Position numbers and translations under genes: made by a program. From assembly GCF_018350175.1 (NCBI RefSeq), contig NC_058368.1:56112001-56176000 (forward strand): DNA of 64,000 nucleotides. The letters run 5' to 3'. Positions 14,077 through 26,585 of the stretch are shown here, one piece after another. The notes beneath the pieces were generated by a model. The model was not told the origin of the DNA and made no database searches. It saw only the letters and a program-made list of their open reading frames with translations. How positions within the stretch are numbered: the stretch's first letter is position 1; each line of letters starts with the position of its first letter. The stretch is from Felis catus (Eukaryota).

Positions 14077-15769
14077 AAGACATTATTTCCAGTCATCACT
14101 GAAACGATCTATTTGTCTAGACCCACACTGTCCAGTATTTTGAATATTTTGAGTAAACTAAATTATAATAATAAAAGTAACTTTACCTATTTTTAAAAAT
14201 TATTTTTAACATGTTTTCTTGAAAAGTTTTAATTACATATGTATCTCAAATTATGTTTCTATTGAAGAAGACTGCTTTAAAACACTGCAGCAAGGAATAC
14301 TTTTTCTTTAGGATGCACTTCACCCATATCAAAATTCTCATATCAGGAAATTGTTTATTTTCCTGTATCTGCAGATCACCTAAGAGGTTATCTGTGAATA
14401 GATAAGTATTTCATCCTTAACATATGTTCAGTCAGTAACGTTAAAAAATGAAAATGAACAAAACAAAGATTTAAGATTGGAAAAGCCTTACTTGACTATT
14501 AGAATAAAAAGAGAATATGAGGCAGTGTGCCTGGTATAAATCTGATTTTGCTCTTGTCCTTGTTTGTACTCCAGATTGTTCCTCTGCTTGTTGAACTCAT
14601 TTCTCCTCTCCTTCCAGGTCTGACAAATTGACCTCAGTGTTCATCTTCTATTAATTCAATAGAAGCTTTGTGCTTGGATCAGCTCTGCTTGACACAGGAA
14701 AAAATGAGAAATGGGGCCATTGATATGCAAAGAAGGGTGATGTGGTAGACTAAAGGGGGTAGGCTTTTGGCCAGCTATTTCCAACATGGCTCATTTAAAA
14801 TTCCCACTTGTTTAAAACAAAATATTAATGAGTCTGCTAAAGAGACCTTATAAATGCTAAAGAATTAAAAAGGATGAAGTCTGAAGGGCATAAGAATAAT
14901 TTTTCAATAAATTCTCTCTGACCACTCATGCTCATGTGTGATATGTAACTTCTTTTTTTTTTGAGTCCTTCTATTATTGTAAATGGACTCAGTACGACCT
15001 TTCCCACAAGGAAAAAAATAGGTGATTTTGATAAAATATCTTGGAAAGTTGCCTATGCTTTTAAAAAGTAATAAAAAGTGACCAAATGACTAAGCAAGTT
15101 TAAGTAACATACAGAGATTTAAGGAAATACTGCATTGGCATACAAACTCTTTGATTCCAAAGTAAATTCACTCTAAGAACTAATTGAATGTAGGTAGCTA
15201 ACTCTAAAAAGGCTAATGCTATTTTTTACTTTTAGTATAAAAGGTTTACTGCATTGAGGAGAAAACACTTGGTTACCTAAATGTGTAAAATAGTTTAGTT
15301 TCTTGGTATTAATATATACCAAAAACATAATTGAATAGGATTTTAGGGGGGATCCTATCTTTACCTCTCGAGTGTACATTATTCATGTAAATAGTATTTG
15401 AGACATGTTTATATGTACAAAAAAGGGTAAAAATGTAAATTAATACTTGCATATCTTATGGTAGCTGTAAAATAGCTCATTCTAAGTAGTATGCAGACCT
15501 ATACCTACATTATCTATTCATGGTTTCCATGAAGACAAGATAATTTACAGTAAAATGTTCATGCCTCAAAAAATATACACAGTAAGCCCTTCAGAAGATT
15601 TGTAATGCAACAGATTTATGAAGAAAGAAAAATTCATCATTTTAAACACTTGCATTAATAAGTAACATTTTAAAATGGATAATAAAACATTCAACTATGT
15701 TTTTTTTTGCAAACTAACATGGTAAATACTAACCAATGAAGATAATAAATATAAAAGCAGAGACTTACT

Positions 15770-16370
15770 TTAAAAAGAGAGAAGAAGTAAATTTGGTACA
15801 AATCCAGATTTAGTTCATGAGAGAATATCAAGCTTGCTAACAATGTTATTATTTAGTCAAATTATAGAAAAGGAAACACAAATACTAAAACCATGATTTA
15901 GATGAGGAAATCTATAGGTATGAGACTTAAATTGTAGAAGATGAGTTGACAATTTGTATGTTAATAAATGTGAACATTTCATTACTATATTGGATTTTCT
16001 AGAAAAAAATAAAGATAATTCAAATTATGTTAAACAGAAGTAGAAAATTTAAATAAACAGATTGTGAGAAAAGAAATTCGGTAGATGTTAGAAAAACACT
16101 TTAGAAAATAGCTCACTTCATAACCATGTGCTTTAAAAATGAGGATATATGATTGTGCAGTTTTCAATCTTTAATAACAAAAGAAGTATTAAACTTCTTC
16201 AGTTATTTTAAAGTGAAAAAGTAAACTTGATGCAAAAACATTTAAAAATACACAAAATAAAAATGAAAACAAACAGAAATCGCATTTATGCTTATAGTGG
16301 CCAAGATGATATTATTGTCAACTATAATCCAGTATAATATTTAAAACATAAACACACTACATCTTATGCT
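15770..16370 (+). mobile_element. Old L1M ORF2 fragment
   Basis: A-rich sequence; GAAGTAGAAAATTTAAATAAACAG resembles the ORF2 EIENLNRP region. Confidence 0.5.
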
Positions 16371-16389
16371 AATCTCCTTTGTATCTATG

Positions 16390-16720
16390 GCCAAATGACT
16401 ACGTACCAGTGAAGGAAATGCTAGTTGTAGGTTGTGTGGAAATTATGGCTATGTATGTTTTTTTTTAAAGGAGAGTGAAGTCTTCCTTCTGCTCTCTGGT
16501 AAGTACATGTAATGACAGGTGCTCCAGCAGTCATTTTGGACCATGAGGTTACCTAAAATATAGAAATCGCATGGCTTGAGACTAATAGGAAAAACCTGGC
16601 CAATGCTCCCTTAATTTAGCTGACACTCTAGCCTAATCTTTGTTCTTTTGTGACTGTTCAGTTGAGAAAATTAATTTCTGTTTAAGTCAGTTTTACTCAA
16701 TATTGAAATTACTTCTACAC
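16390..16720 (+). mobile_element. Old MLT1 (MaLR) LTR
   Basis: GCTCCAGCAGTCATTTTGGACCATGAGG and TTTCTGTTTAAGTCAG motifs typical of MLT1J/K-type LTRs. Confidence 0.5.
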
Positions 16721-17412
16721 ATGTATTATTCTGATATCTAAAATTCGTTTTTGTTTTTAAGTATGACTTGAAGATATGATAGACATAATGTATTGGGAAG
16801 AAATAATAAATTTAAAATAGGCTCAGTGCTAAAAATATAAAATGTGAAGAAAATGAGTGATTTAAGGCCAAACTATGTAGATACTAGATTTATTTTCTTT
16901 AAAATAAAGTTTGCTTGAGACAAGCAAGATATCCTGAACTATATTTTTTAAATAAAATTTTTAATTTTAAAATTAAACTGGTACATAGTCATTTGGCCAT
17001 AGATGCAAAAGGAGATAAGGATAGGATGTAGTGTGTTATATTTTAAATATTATACTGGATTATAGTTGACAATAATAGAATATAATAATATAATTTTTAA
17101 TTTTTTTGAAGGAAGAACATATTTTATTAACAATTTTTTTCATCATGTCAAGTACACTCTTTAATCTCCATCCTGCATCTCAGCACAGGCCTCCTCTCTG
17201 GTAACCATTAGTTTGTTCTCTATAGTTATGAGTCAGCTTCTTGGTTTGTGTCTTTCTTTTTTTCTTTGCTTGTTTGTTTTGTTTCTTTAATTTCACATAT
17301 GAGTAAGATCATTTGGTATTTGTCTATTTCTCTTAGCATTATACTATCTAGATCTATACATGTTGTTGCAAATGACAAGATTTCATTCTTTTTATGGTTG
17401 AATGATACACCA

Positions 17413-17485
17413 GTGTGTGTGTGTGTGCACGTGCGTGTGTGTATGTGTGGATAGATAGATATAGATAGATGATAGATACATAGAT

Positions 17486-17534
<49 letters not shown>

Positions 17535-17537
17535 TAG
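17413..17537. repeat. (TG)n plus (GATA)n compound microsatellite inside L1
   Basis: Direct reading. Confidence 0.95.
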
Positions 17538-19409
17538 ATACCACTTCTTCTTTATCCATTCATCTACCCATGGACACCTGGGCTGCTTCCACAGTTTGGT
17601 ATTGTAAATAATGCTGCAGTAGGCATAGGCATAGGCATATCCCTCTGAACTTGTGTTTTTTGTATTCTGAGAGTAAAAACCCAGTGGTGTGATTACTGGA
17701 TATGTAAGGGTAGTTCTATTTTTCATTTTTTGAGGAACCTCAATACTGTTTTCCACAATGGCTGCACCCAGTTAGTATTCCCACCAGCAGTGCAAGAGGG
17801 TTCCTTTTCTCTACATCCTCACCAACGCATAGTTTGTTCTGTTGCTAATTTTAGCTACTCTGACAGATGTACGGTGATATCTCATTGTAGTTTTGATTTG
17901 CATTTTCCTGACAATGAGTGACATTACGCATCTTTTCATGTGTCTGTTGGCCATCTGTATATCTTGTTTGGTGAAATGTCTGTTAATGTCTTATGCCCAT
18001 AATTAACTGGATTATTTGTTTTTTTGGGAATTGAGTTGTATTAGTTCTTCATATATTTTGGATACTAATCCATTATCGGACATGTCATTTACAAATGTCT
18101 TCTCCCATTCAGAAGGTTGCCCTAATTTTGTCTCCTGTCCTGTGCAGTAACCTTTTATTTTAATATGGTCCCTATAGTTTATTTTTGCTTTTATTTCGCT
18201 TGCCTCAAAAGACATCTCTAGAAAAGTGTTGCTATGGCCAATGTCAGATAGATTACTGTCTGTCATCTCTTCAAGGACTGTTATGGTTTCAAGTCTTCCA
18301 TTAGGTCTTTGATCCATTTTTGTATCAGTTTTGGTTTGCTTTTGTCTATGGTAAAAGAAAGTGGTCCAGTTTTATTGTTTGTCATGTGACTGTCCAGTTT
18401 TCCCAAAGTCATTTGTTGAAGAGATTGTCTTTTCCCATTAGATATTCATTTCTCCTTTGTAAAAGATTAATTGACCATATAATTGGGGGTTTTCTATTTT
18501 ATTCTGTTCATCTCAGTGTCTATTTTTATGCCAGTAGCATCATGTTTTAATTACTGCAGCTTTGTAATATAACTTGAAATTTGGAATTGGGGCACCTCCA
18601 GTTTTGTTTTTCTTTTACAAGATGCCTTTGGCTATTTGAGGTCTTTTGTGGTTCCATAAAATTTTAGGATTCTTTGCTCTTATTCTGTGAAAAATGTTGT
18701 TTGTATTTTGATAGGGATTGTATTGAATCTGTAAATTACTTTGGGTAGTATAGACATTTTAACAATATTTATTCTTCCAGCTCATAAGTATGTTATATCT
18801 TTTAATTTCTTTGAACATCTTGAATGTCTTTCATCATTGTTTCTATAGTTTTCAGAGTATAGGTATTTCACCTCTTTCATTATTCTTAGATATTTTATCA
18901 GTTTTGGTAGAATTGTAAATAGGATTGTTTTCTTAATTTATTAATGTATAGGAATGCAACAGATTTCTGTACATTGGTTTTGTATCCAGGGTCTTTACTG
19001 AATTCATTTATCAGTTTTAGCAGTATTTTGGTGGAGTTTATAGGGTTCTCTATATATAATATCATGCCATCTACAAAGAGGGAGAGCTTTACATCTTCCT
19101 TACCAATTTGGAAGCCTTTTTTTTTCCTTTTTCTTGTCTGATTGGGTAGCTAAGCCTTCCTGTACTATGTTGAGTAAAAATGGTAGAGTGGACAACCTTG
19201 TCTTGTTCCTGACCTAGAAGAAAAGCTCTGTTTTTTACCATTGAGTATGATGTTGGCTATGGATTTTTGAGATATGGCCTTTATTATGTTGAAGTAAGTC
19301 TCCCCTCGAATACTATCACACAGTTTTTATCAAGAATGGATGTTACACTTTCTTAAATGCTATTGCTGCATCTATTGAAATGATCGTATGGTTTTTATTC
19401 TTTTTCTTA

Positions 19410-19462
19410 TTTTTTAAAAATTCTTTAACATTTATTTTTGAGAGAGAGAGAGAAAGAGAGAG

Positions 19463-19519
<57 letters not shown>

Positions 19520-19683
19520 ATGAGTGAGAGAGGGCCAGAAAAAGGGAGACAGAGGATCTGAAGCAGGCTCCATGCAGTGAGCACAGAGCCTGACACAGGG
19601 CTTGAAATCACAAACCATGAGATCATGACCTGATAGGAAATAAAGAGTGGGGCACTTAACCAACTGAGCCACCAGACACCCCC
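19410..19683 (-). mobile_element. CAN-SINE inserted in L1, long (GA)n
   Basis: TSD ATTCTTT(T/C)TCTTA. Confidence 0.93.
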
Positions 19684-21576
19684 ATTCTTTCTCTTACTGA
19701 TGTGACTTATCATGTTGATTGTTTTGTGAATAATGAACCACCCTTGCATCCTAGGAATACATCCCACTTGGTCATGGTGTATGATTTTTTTACCATATGT
19801 TTGGATTTGATTTGCTACCATTTGGTTGAGGATATTTGTATCTATATTTAACAATATTGTATCTATATTTATTAGAGATATTGGTCTGTAGTTCTATTTT
19901 TTGTGGTTATTTATCTGGCTTTATTACCAGGGTGATACTTGCCTCACAGAATAAATTTGGAAGTTTTTCTTCTTGTATTTTTTGGAATAGTTTGACAAGA
20001 ATCAGTATTAACTCTTCTTTAAATGTTTGGTAGAATTCACCTGTAAAGCCATCTGGTTGTGGACTTCTGTTTGTTGTATTTTTTATTTTTGCTTTGTTTT
20101 TATTAATGATTCAATTTCTTTGTCAGTAATTTTCTGTTTCTTCCTATTACAGTTTTGGTAGTTAATGTTTCTAGGAATTTATCCATTTTTTTCTAAGTAG
20201 TCCAATTTTTTGCCATAAAATTTTTCATAATATTCTATTACAATCATTTGTATTTCTGTTGTATTAGTTATTATTTCCACTTCATTTTTGATTTTGTTTA
20301 TTTGGGTGCTTTCTGTTTTTTTGTTTTGTTTTGTTTTGTTATGGGTCTTGCTAGAAGTTTATCAATTTTATTGGTCTTTTCTAAGAACCACTTTCTGGTT
20401 TCATTGATCTTTTCTATTGTTTTTTGTTTTGTTTTGTTTTAGTTCCTATATCATTTATTTCTGCTCTAATCTTTATTATTTCCTTATAGTTTCTGGATTT
20501 GGTCTTTGTTCTTCTTTTTCTAGTTCTTTAGGTATAATGCTAGGTTTTTCATTTGAGTTTTTTCTTCCTTCTTGAGGTACACCTGTATTACTATATACTT
20601 CCCTTTTAGAATCACTTTTGTTGCATCCCAAAGATTTAGGACCATTGTGTTTTCATTTTCATGTGTTTCCATGTAATTTTTTATTTCTTCTTTAATTTCT
20701 GGGTTGACCCATTAATTGTTTGGTAGAATATTTTTTAACCCCCATGTATTTATGCTCTTTCTAGATTTTTCCTCACAGTTAATTTCTAGTTTCATAGCAC
20801 TGAGGTCAGAAAAGATGCATGGCCTGACTTTGATTTTTTTTTAATGTGTTGAGATTTTTCTTGTGGCCTAATATATGATTGATTCTGGAGAATGTTCCCT
20901 GTGCACTTGAAAAAAATATGTATTCTGCTGTTTTAGGATGGAATGTTCTAAAGATATCTATTAATTCCATCTGGTCCAGTGTTCTTTCAAAGCCATTGTT
21001 TCTTTGTTGATTCTCTGTTTGGATGATCTGTTCACTGATGTAAGTAGGGTGTTAAAGTCCCCTACTATTATTGTATTATTATCAACTAGCTCCTTCATGT
21101 TTGTTATTGTTTTATGTATTTATGTATGTGGATTTGGTGCATAAACATTTACAATAGTTATATCTTCTTTTGGATTGTCCCCTTTGTTATTATATTTTGT
21201 CCTTCCTTGTCTCTTGTCATAGTCTTTGTTTTAAGGTCTATTTTGTCCTAAGTAAGTATTGCTACCCCAGCTTTCTTTTGACATCCATTTGCATGATAAA
21301 TGTTTCTCCAACCTCTCACTTTCAATCGTAGGTGTGTGTAGGTCTGAAATGAGTCTCCTGTAGGCAATATATAGATGGATCTTAGTCTCTGTGTGTATTT
21401 TGTTGTTGTTGTTTTATTCACCCTGTCACCCTATATGGTTTTGTTGGAGCATTTGGTCCCTTTACATTTATACTCAGTTATTGATAGATATGTATTTATT
21501 GCCATTTTGTTACTTGTTTTTTGATTGTTTCTATATGTTTTTTCTCATCCTTTCTGCTCATGCTCTCTTTTATCAT

Positions 21577-21609
<33 letters not shown>

Positions 21610-22627
21610 TTAGTGGTATACTTGAATTCCATTTTCTTTATTCTTTGCATATCTATTACTGGTTTTTGATTTGTACTTACCATTAGGTTTATGTAACATC
21701 TTCTGCATATATCAGTCTATATTAAGGCAACTGTTGCTTGGGTTTAAATCCATTCAGTGCCCTCCCACCCATGGTTTAGGTGTATGGTGTGATATTTTAT
21801 ATCCTTTTTAAATCCCTTGACTGATTTTTACAGAAATATTTATTTTTACTGCTTTTGTGGGTTTTGTTTTTGGTTTTGGTTTTGGTTTGCTTATTAGTTT
21901 ACTTTTCATACTCTCCATTATGCTCTTTCCTATCTACTCAGAGTTTCCTTTAATATTTCTTGTAGGGCTGGTTTAGTGGTCATGAACTCCTTTAGTTTTT
22001 GTTTGTCTGACAAACTCTTTATCTCTCCTTCTGCTCTGAATTATAACCTTGATGTATAGAATATTCTTGGCTGCAGAATTTTCTCTTTAAGCATTTTGAG
22101 TATATCATGTTACTGCCTTCTGGCCTGCAAAGTTTCTGCTGAAAAAACTGCTGATAGCTTTATATGGTTTCCCCTGTATGTTACTGTCCTCTTTTCTCTT
22201 GCTGATTTTTAAATTTTTCTTTATCACTACTTTTTTTTCCATTTTGATTACTATGTCTCTTCATTTAGACATCCTTGATTGAACTTGGGGTGATTCCTGT
22301 GCCTACCAGATTTGGATAGCTGTTTGCTTCCCCAGATTGGGGAATTTTTCAGCTATTGTTTCTTCAAATAAGTTTTCTGCCCTCTTATTTCTCTCTTCTT
22401 CTGAGGCCTCCGTAATGTGAATGTAATTACACTTGATGGAGTACTGAGTTCCATAAGACTATTCTCAATTTACATAATTCTCTTTCCTTTCCTTCGTTTA
22501 ACTTCATTTCTTTCCATTACTCTGTATTCCAGGCCTTTAATCCTTTCCTCTGCCTCATCTAGCCTGCTATTTATTCCATCAAATGTATTTTTAATTTATT
22601 GTGTTCTTGGTCTCTGATTGGTTCTTT

Positions 22628-22832
22628 AAAAAAAATAATGTTTATTTCTTTTTGAGAGAGAAAGAGCATGAGCTAGGGAGGGGCAGAGAGAGAGGAGACA
22701 CAAAATATGAAGCAGGCTCCAGGCTCTGAGCTGTCAGCACAGAGTCCAACACAGGGCTTGAATCCACCAACCGTGAGATCATGACCTGAGTCAAAGTCGG
22801 ATGCTAAACTGACTGAACCACCCAGGCACCCC
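22628..22832 (-). mobile_element. CAN-SINE inserted in L1 ORF1
   Basis: TSD GATTGGTTCTTT. Confidence 0.93.
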
Positions 22833-24559
22833 AGATTGGTTCTTTTTTATCTCTGTGTTAAGGGTCTCACTGATGTCCTCCATTCTTTACTCAATCTAGT
22901 GAGTATCTTTATGATCATTACTTTAAATTGCCTGTCAGGCATATTACTTACACATGTTTTACTTTAGTTTCTTGCTGTGGCTTGGTCCTGTTCTTTCATT
23001 TGGTAGATATTTCTGTGTCTCCTCATTTTGTCTGACTTTTTTTCCTCTGTGTTAGGAAAGTCAGCTGCTTCTCTTGCTCTTAATAATTATAGCTTTATTA
23101 ATAAGAGGTCCTGTAGCACCCACAATGTACTATACATGGTTCCCTAGGGTCTTGTGCCTCACAGACTGTCTCCTATGCGCGTGATTTGGCTTTGGCCTTT
23201 TTTTCCTTTAATCCAGGTGCCTGTAGAGGCTCTCTTTGCCTTTTGTGGGCAATGTTTTTGTCTCCATCACAAATGGGGTACATTTTAACATGGTGTGTGG
23301 TGATCTGCTGGAGAATGAAACCTGCCCTGTTGCCCAAAATGTGGTCCTACAAAAGAGCAGTTATGAAGACATGGTGTTGGCAGGGTTTGTGCTGGTTCTG
23401 GGATAGGGAACCACATCACAGGGACAGAGGCACATGTGACCAGGAATGGCAGACCTGCTAAAGTCCAGGCCTATGGGACTTGGTGCAAACAAGTTAGGTA
23501 AGGAGTGTCATTGGGGTGCTGGTTCTTGCAAGTGGCTGCTCTTTGTGCTAGGAGGCCAGGGGAGGGAAATGGTGCCTTCCAGCTTCTTTGTTTCTGGAGG
23601 GTTCTGCCCATGATCCCTGTCTCTACAGGTCACATTCTGAGATAAATACATGACTTTTCCTCCCATTTGTCCCCAGCATTTTTCAAACTGCTGGTTCTAT
23701 GCTGTATCAACCTAGGTTATTTGTCCTATCACTTAAGGGTAGGGACTCTGGTTCCTAAGATCTTCTGAGCTTTCCCAGAGTAAAGCCTTGAGATTTTTAA
23801 AATTCCATTTTAAATGAAATTGTTAAGTTGTTAACAACTCATGAAATTTAGTCCCTCTTTCTTTCAAAGGCAAATATTATGTGAATTTGTCTTCACTGTT
23901 CATGGGTTCCCTAGTGTCAAAGTTTGTTTTCCACGCTTTTGGCACCACAGGCTTTCCTGTGAATAGCTACAGTCCCTTTCACTCCCAGACCATGTCTTCA
24001 CCCTTTCTACCTTCTTTGTTGTGACCTTTTCCCTACCTTTAGTTCTGGAGTTTGTTCTGCAGGTGTTCAAGGTGTCTTCTGGGTTATTTGGGCTTCTGTA
24101 AGTGTTACCTGTGTTGTATCCATGGCACAAGGTGAACTTAGGGTCCTCCTACTCCACCATCTTCCCAGCAGGCTTTCCTAATGTATAGCTCTTGAATGAC
24201 CCAGTTTAGACCAAGCGATTTGGGCATAAAAGTGAGGTTTTATTTCACAGAGGTGAACACAATATCAATCAATGGTATGAGTACTTCCAAAAATCTCAAA
24301 CTAAGCAACAAAAGTAAAATTATTAAAATATTATAATAATCCCTCTTTATTATGCCCTAATTTTATAAAACAGATTAAAATATTGAGCACATAATCTATT
24401 GTGCCATAATTCTCATTTCTTTATATTGCTTTATATTGAATTAGCAGGTCCATAGCCATGACTTATTCCACAATGATATTAGTGTTCTATAGATGAAGCG
24501 TATATTCTTATCCAATTTTCACAACATATAATTATTATGAAACATTTAGAAGCTACTTT

Positions 24560-24880
24560 CACTCAATGTAAAAGGAAGTTTTAGTAATACATAAAAATCT
24601 TAATGGAAAAAAATCTGAAGTCTCCACATAAGTTGCAGACTTTATATAAGTAATGGCTTCAAGAACTATTATATTTTCCCCAAATGTTTATGTAAATGAT
24701 GACACTGCCAGTGCAGAAAATGAAGCTGTTAATCCATTTCACTCCTCTGTTAAAATATTGATTGGTGATGAAGGCTATACCAAAGATCAGATTCTACATT
24801 TGATGGAACTAGTTTTTATTGAAGGAAAATTGCCTCTGAATCGCCTAGAAATTCAAAGAAGAAGCTGAAGAGATCTCTAG
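24560..24880 (+). mobile_element. Tigger/pogo (TcMar) transposase relic
   Basis: NVYVNDDTASAENEAVNPFHSSVKILIGDEGYTKDQI resembles the Tigger pattern GE.ASAD.EAA..F...L..II.E.GY...QIFN.DETG; frameshifted. Confidence 0.7.
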
Positions 24881-25559
24881 CTAATGATGCAGGAGACTGA
24901 ATGACAGTGATGCCAGGCACAGTTGTCAATGGAGATTTAATTGGGCTATTTAAAATTAAGATATTATATATTACTTTAGTTAGTGCTCCAGTTAAAAATT
25001 CACATCAGTTTGCTTGTTTGTTTGTTGAATGATGATTGATTGATTGAATGATTGAATTTAGCTGAATAAGTTTTTCATCATATGATCCTAACCTTGTTAT
25101 TTCCATAATTTTTTGTTTACTTAATTTGTGATTGTTCAGAATAGGACCCTTTAAGGATGCAAATTGAAGCATAAATACTCATGGTGTGTTTCATTTTTAA
25201 GTATCAAACATAGGGGTGTATGGGAGTACAATAATCTTTAAATACATATAAAGTAAATAATAAAATTGTGAGATAAATAAAATGTTTCATCTATTTGAAA
25301 GGAATAATTAGAGCAATTTTACATTGAAAAGAGTTAACAGAAGGTCAAGAGAGAGATGCAGTAATTTTCTCCAAATAAGAATACTTTTCAAATAGAGAAA
25401 GTGATCTCCAGTATTTACAAAATGTCAAATGTTTATGTTTAATACTAATATGGGAAAATTTGGCGCTCAACACGAGAAAGGAATTTTTGGATAGTTTAGC
25501 CTGGGGAACTAACTGCACTTCTTCACAAAGTTATATTTCAGTCAAGTCAATTATATTAC

Positions 25560-25640
25560 GCAGGCAGTTTGTGAAGATAGTTTGGAAGGCACTCAAAAAA
25601 CCAACAGAGTGATCCTGGAACACATTCAATGTACCTGAAC
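25560..25640 (-). pseudogene. Exon-like segment of the candidate decayed gene
   Basis: TTTTTTATTTACTTCTAAAG acceptor, GTAATA donor; 81 nt, phase 1 to 1, open (SGTLNVFQDHSVGFLSAFQTIFTNCL); joins 14687 in the core frame. Confidence 0.4.
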
Positions 25641-25705
25641 CTTTAGAAGTAAATAAAAAACTTTCTTGCTTATAATAGAATTATATATAGGTATAGGTAT
25701 AGATA

Positions 25706-25880
25706 TTTTTTAATATTTATTTTTGAGAGACAGAGACAGAGCACGATCAAGGAAAGGGCAGACAGAAAGGGAGACACAGAATCTAAAGCAGGCTCCAGGC
25801 TCTGACCTATCAGCACAGAGCCCAATGCAGGACTCAAACCCACAAACCATGAGATCATGACCTCAGTCAAAGTTGGACAC
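25706..25880 (-). mobile_element. CAN-SINE 3' part (split by L1; 5' part at 29222-29265)
   Basis: SINE body breaks at AAGTTGGACAC and resumes at 29222; outer repeat ATAATAGAATTATAT flanks both halves. Confidence 0.9.
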
Positions 25881-25982
25881 TTTTTTTTAGATGCTTTCAT
25901 GTTATTTATTACCTGATTTGATGCAAATAATAACCCCTATGAGCAGAAAATTTTGTATTTTCTTCATTCAGCCAGTCAACAT

Positions 25983-26021
<39 letters not shown>

Positions 26022-26415
26022 TATTTTTGTTTTAATTTTTTTAATTTTATTTATTTATTTTTTAATTTACATCCAAATTAGTTAGCATATAGTGCAACAA
26101 TGATTTCAGGAGTAGATTCCTTAGTGCCCCTTACCCATTTACCTCATCCCACCTCCCACAACCTTTCCAGTATCCCTCAGTTTGTTCTCCATATTTATGC
26201 ATCTCTTCTGTTTTGTCTCCCTCCCTGTTTTTATATTGTTTTTGTTTCCCTTCCCTTATATTCATCTGTTTTGTCTCTTAAAGTCCTCATATGGGTGAAG
26301 TCATATGATTTTTGCCTTTCTCTGACTAATTTCACTTAGCATAATACCCTCCAATTCCATCCACGTAGTTGCAAAGGGCAAGATTTCATTCTTTTTGATT
26401 GCCGAGTAATACTCC

Positions 26416-26457
<42 letters not shown>

Positions 26458-26536
26458 ATATATATATATATATATGTATATATACGTGTATATATATATG
26501 TATATATACGTATATATATATATATATAAAGAAGAA

Positions 26537-26585
<49 letters not shown>

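Larger units (their letters stand above)
5878..14687 (-). pseudogene. Core of a candidate decayed multi-exon gene or spliced lncRNA; exon-like segments 14687-14492, 12908-12859, 10911-10845, 7787-7716, 6401-6274, 5992-5878
   Basis: Each segment has an AG acceptor (mostly with a pyrimidine tract) and a GT donor (GTAAGG, GTAATT, GTGAGC, GTAATG, GTATGG, GTATAT). Phases join in one frame: ...TWKERRNEFNKQRNNLEY...LIVKSNIYSLDQEFA*ISPQELYTFLGLFTVLFIYTSLSMPNG*VCGTCWQILGYALNEIHVGAKPRKRTWCLWTMQSLSLMLGCGSNKSKFIWGEKLRRSENMFSFLIGKWRLLKEQVWHMLEFLSCKATSGRVLLISFQDRKKVS. Protein not recognised. Confidence 0.5.
17130..24168 (-). mobile_element. Near full-length older carnivore L1, heavily disabled, with two internal SINEs
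   Basis: ORF2-like peptides ([40 protein letters not shown]), ORF1 remnants, 5' end GGGAAGATGGTGGAGTAGGAGG. Confidence 0.93.
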
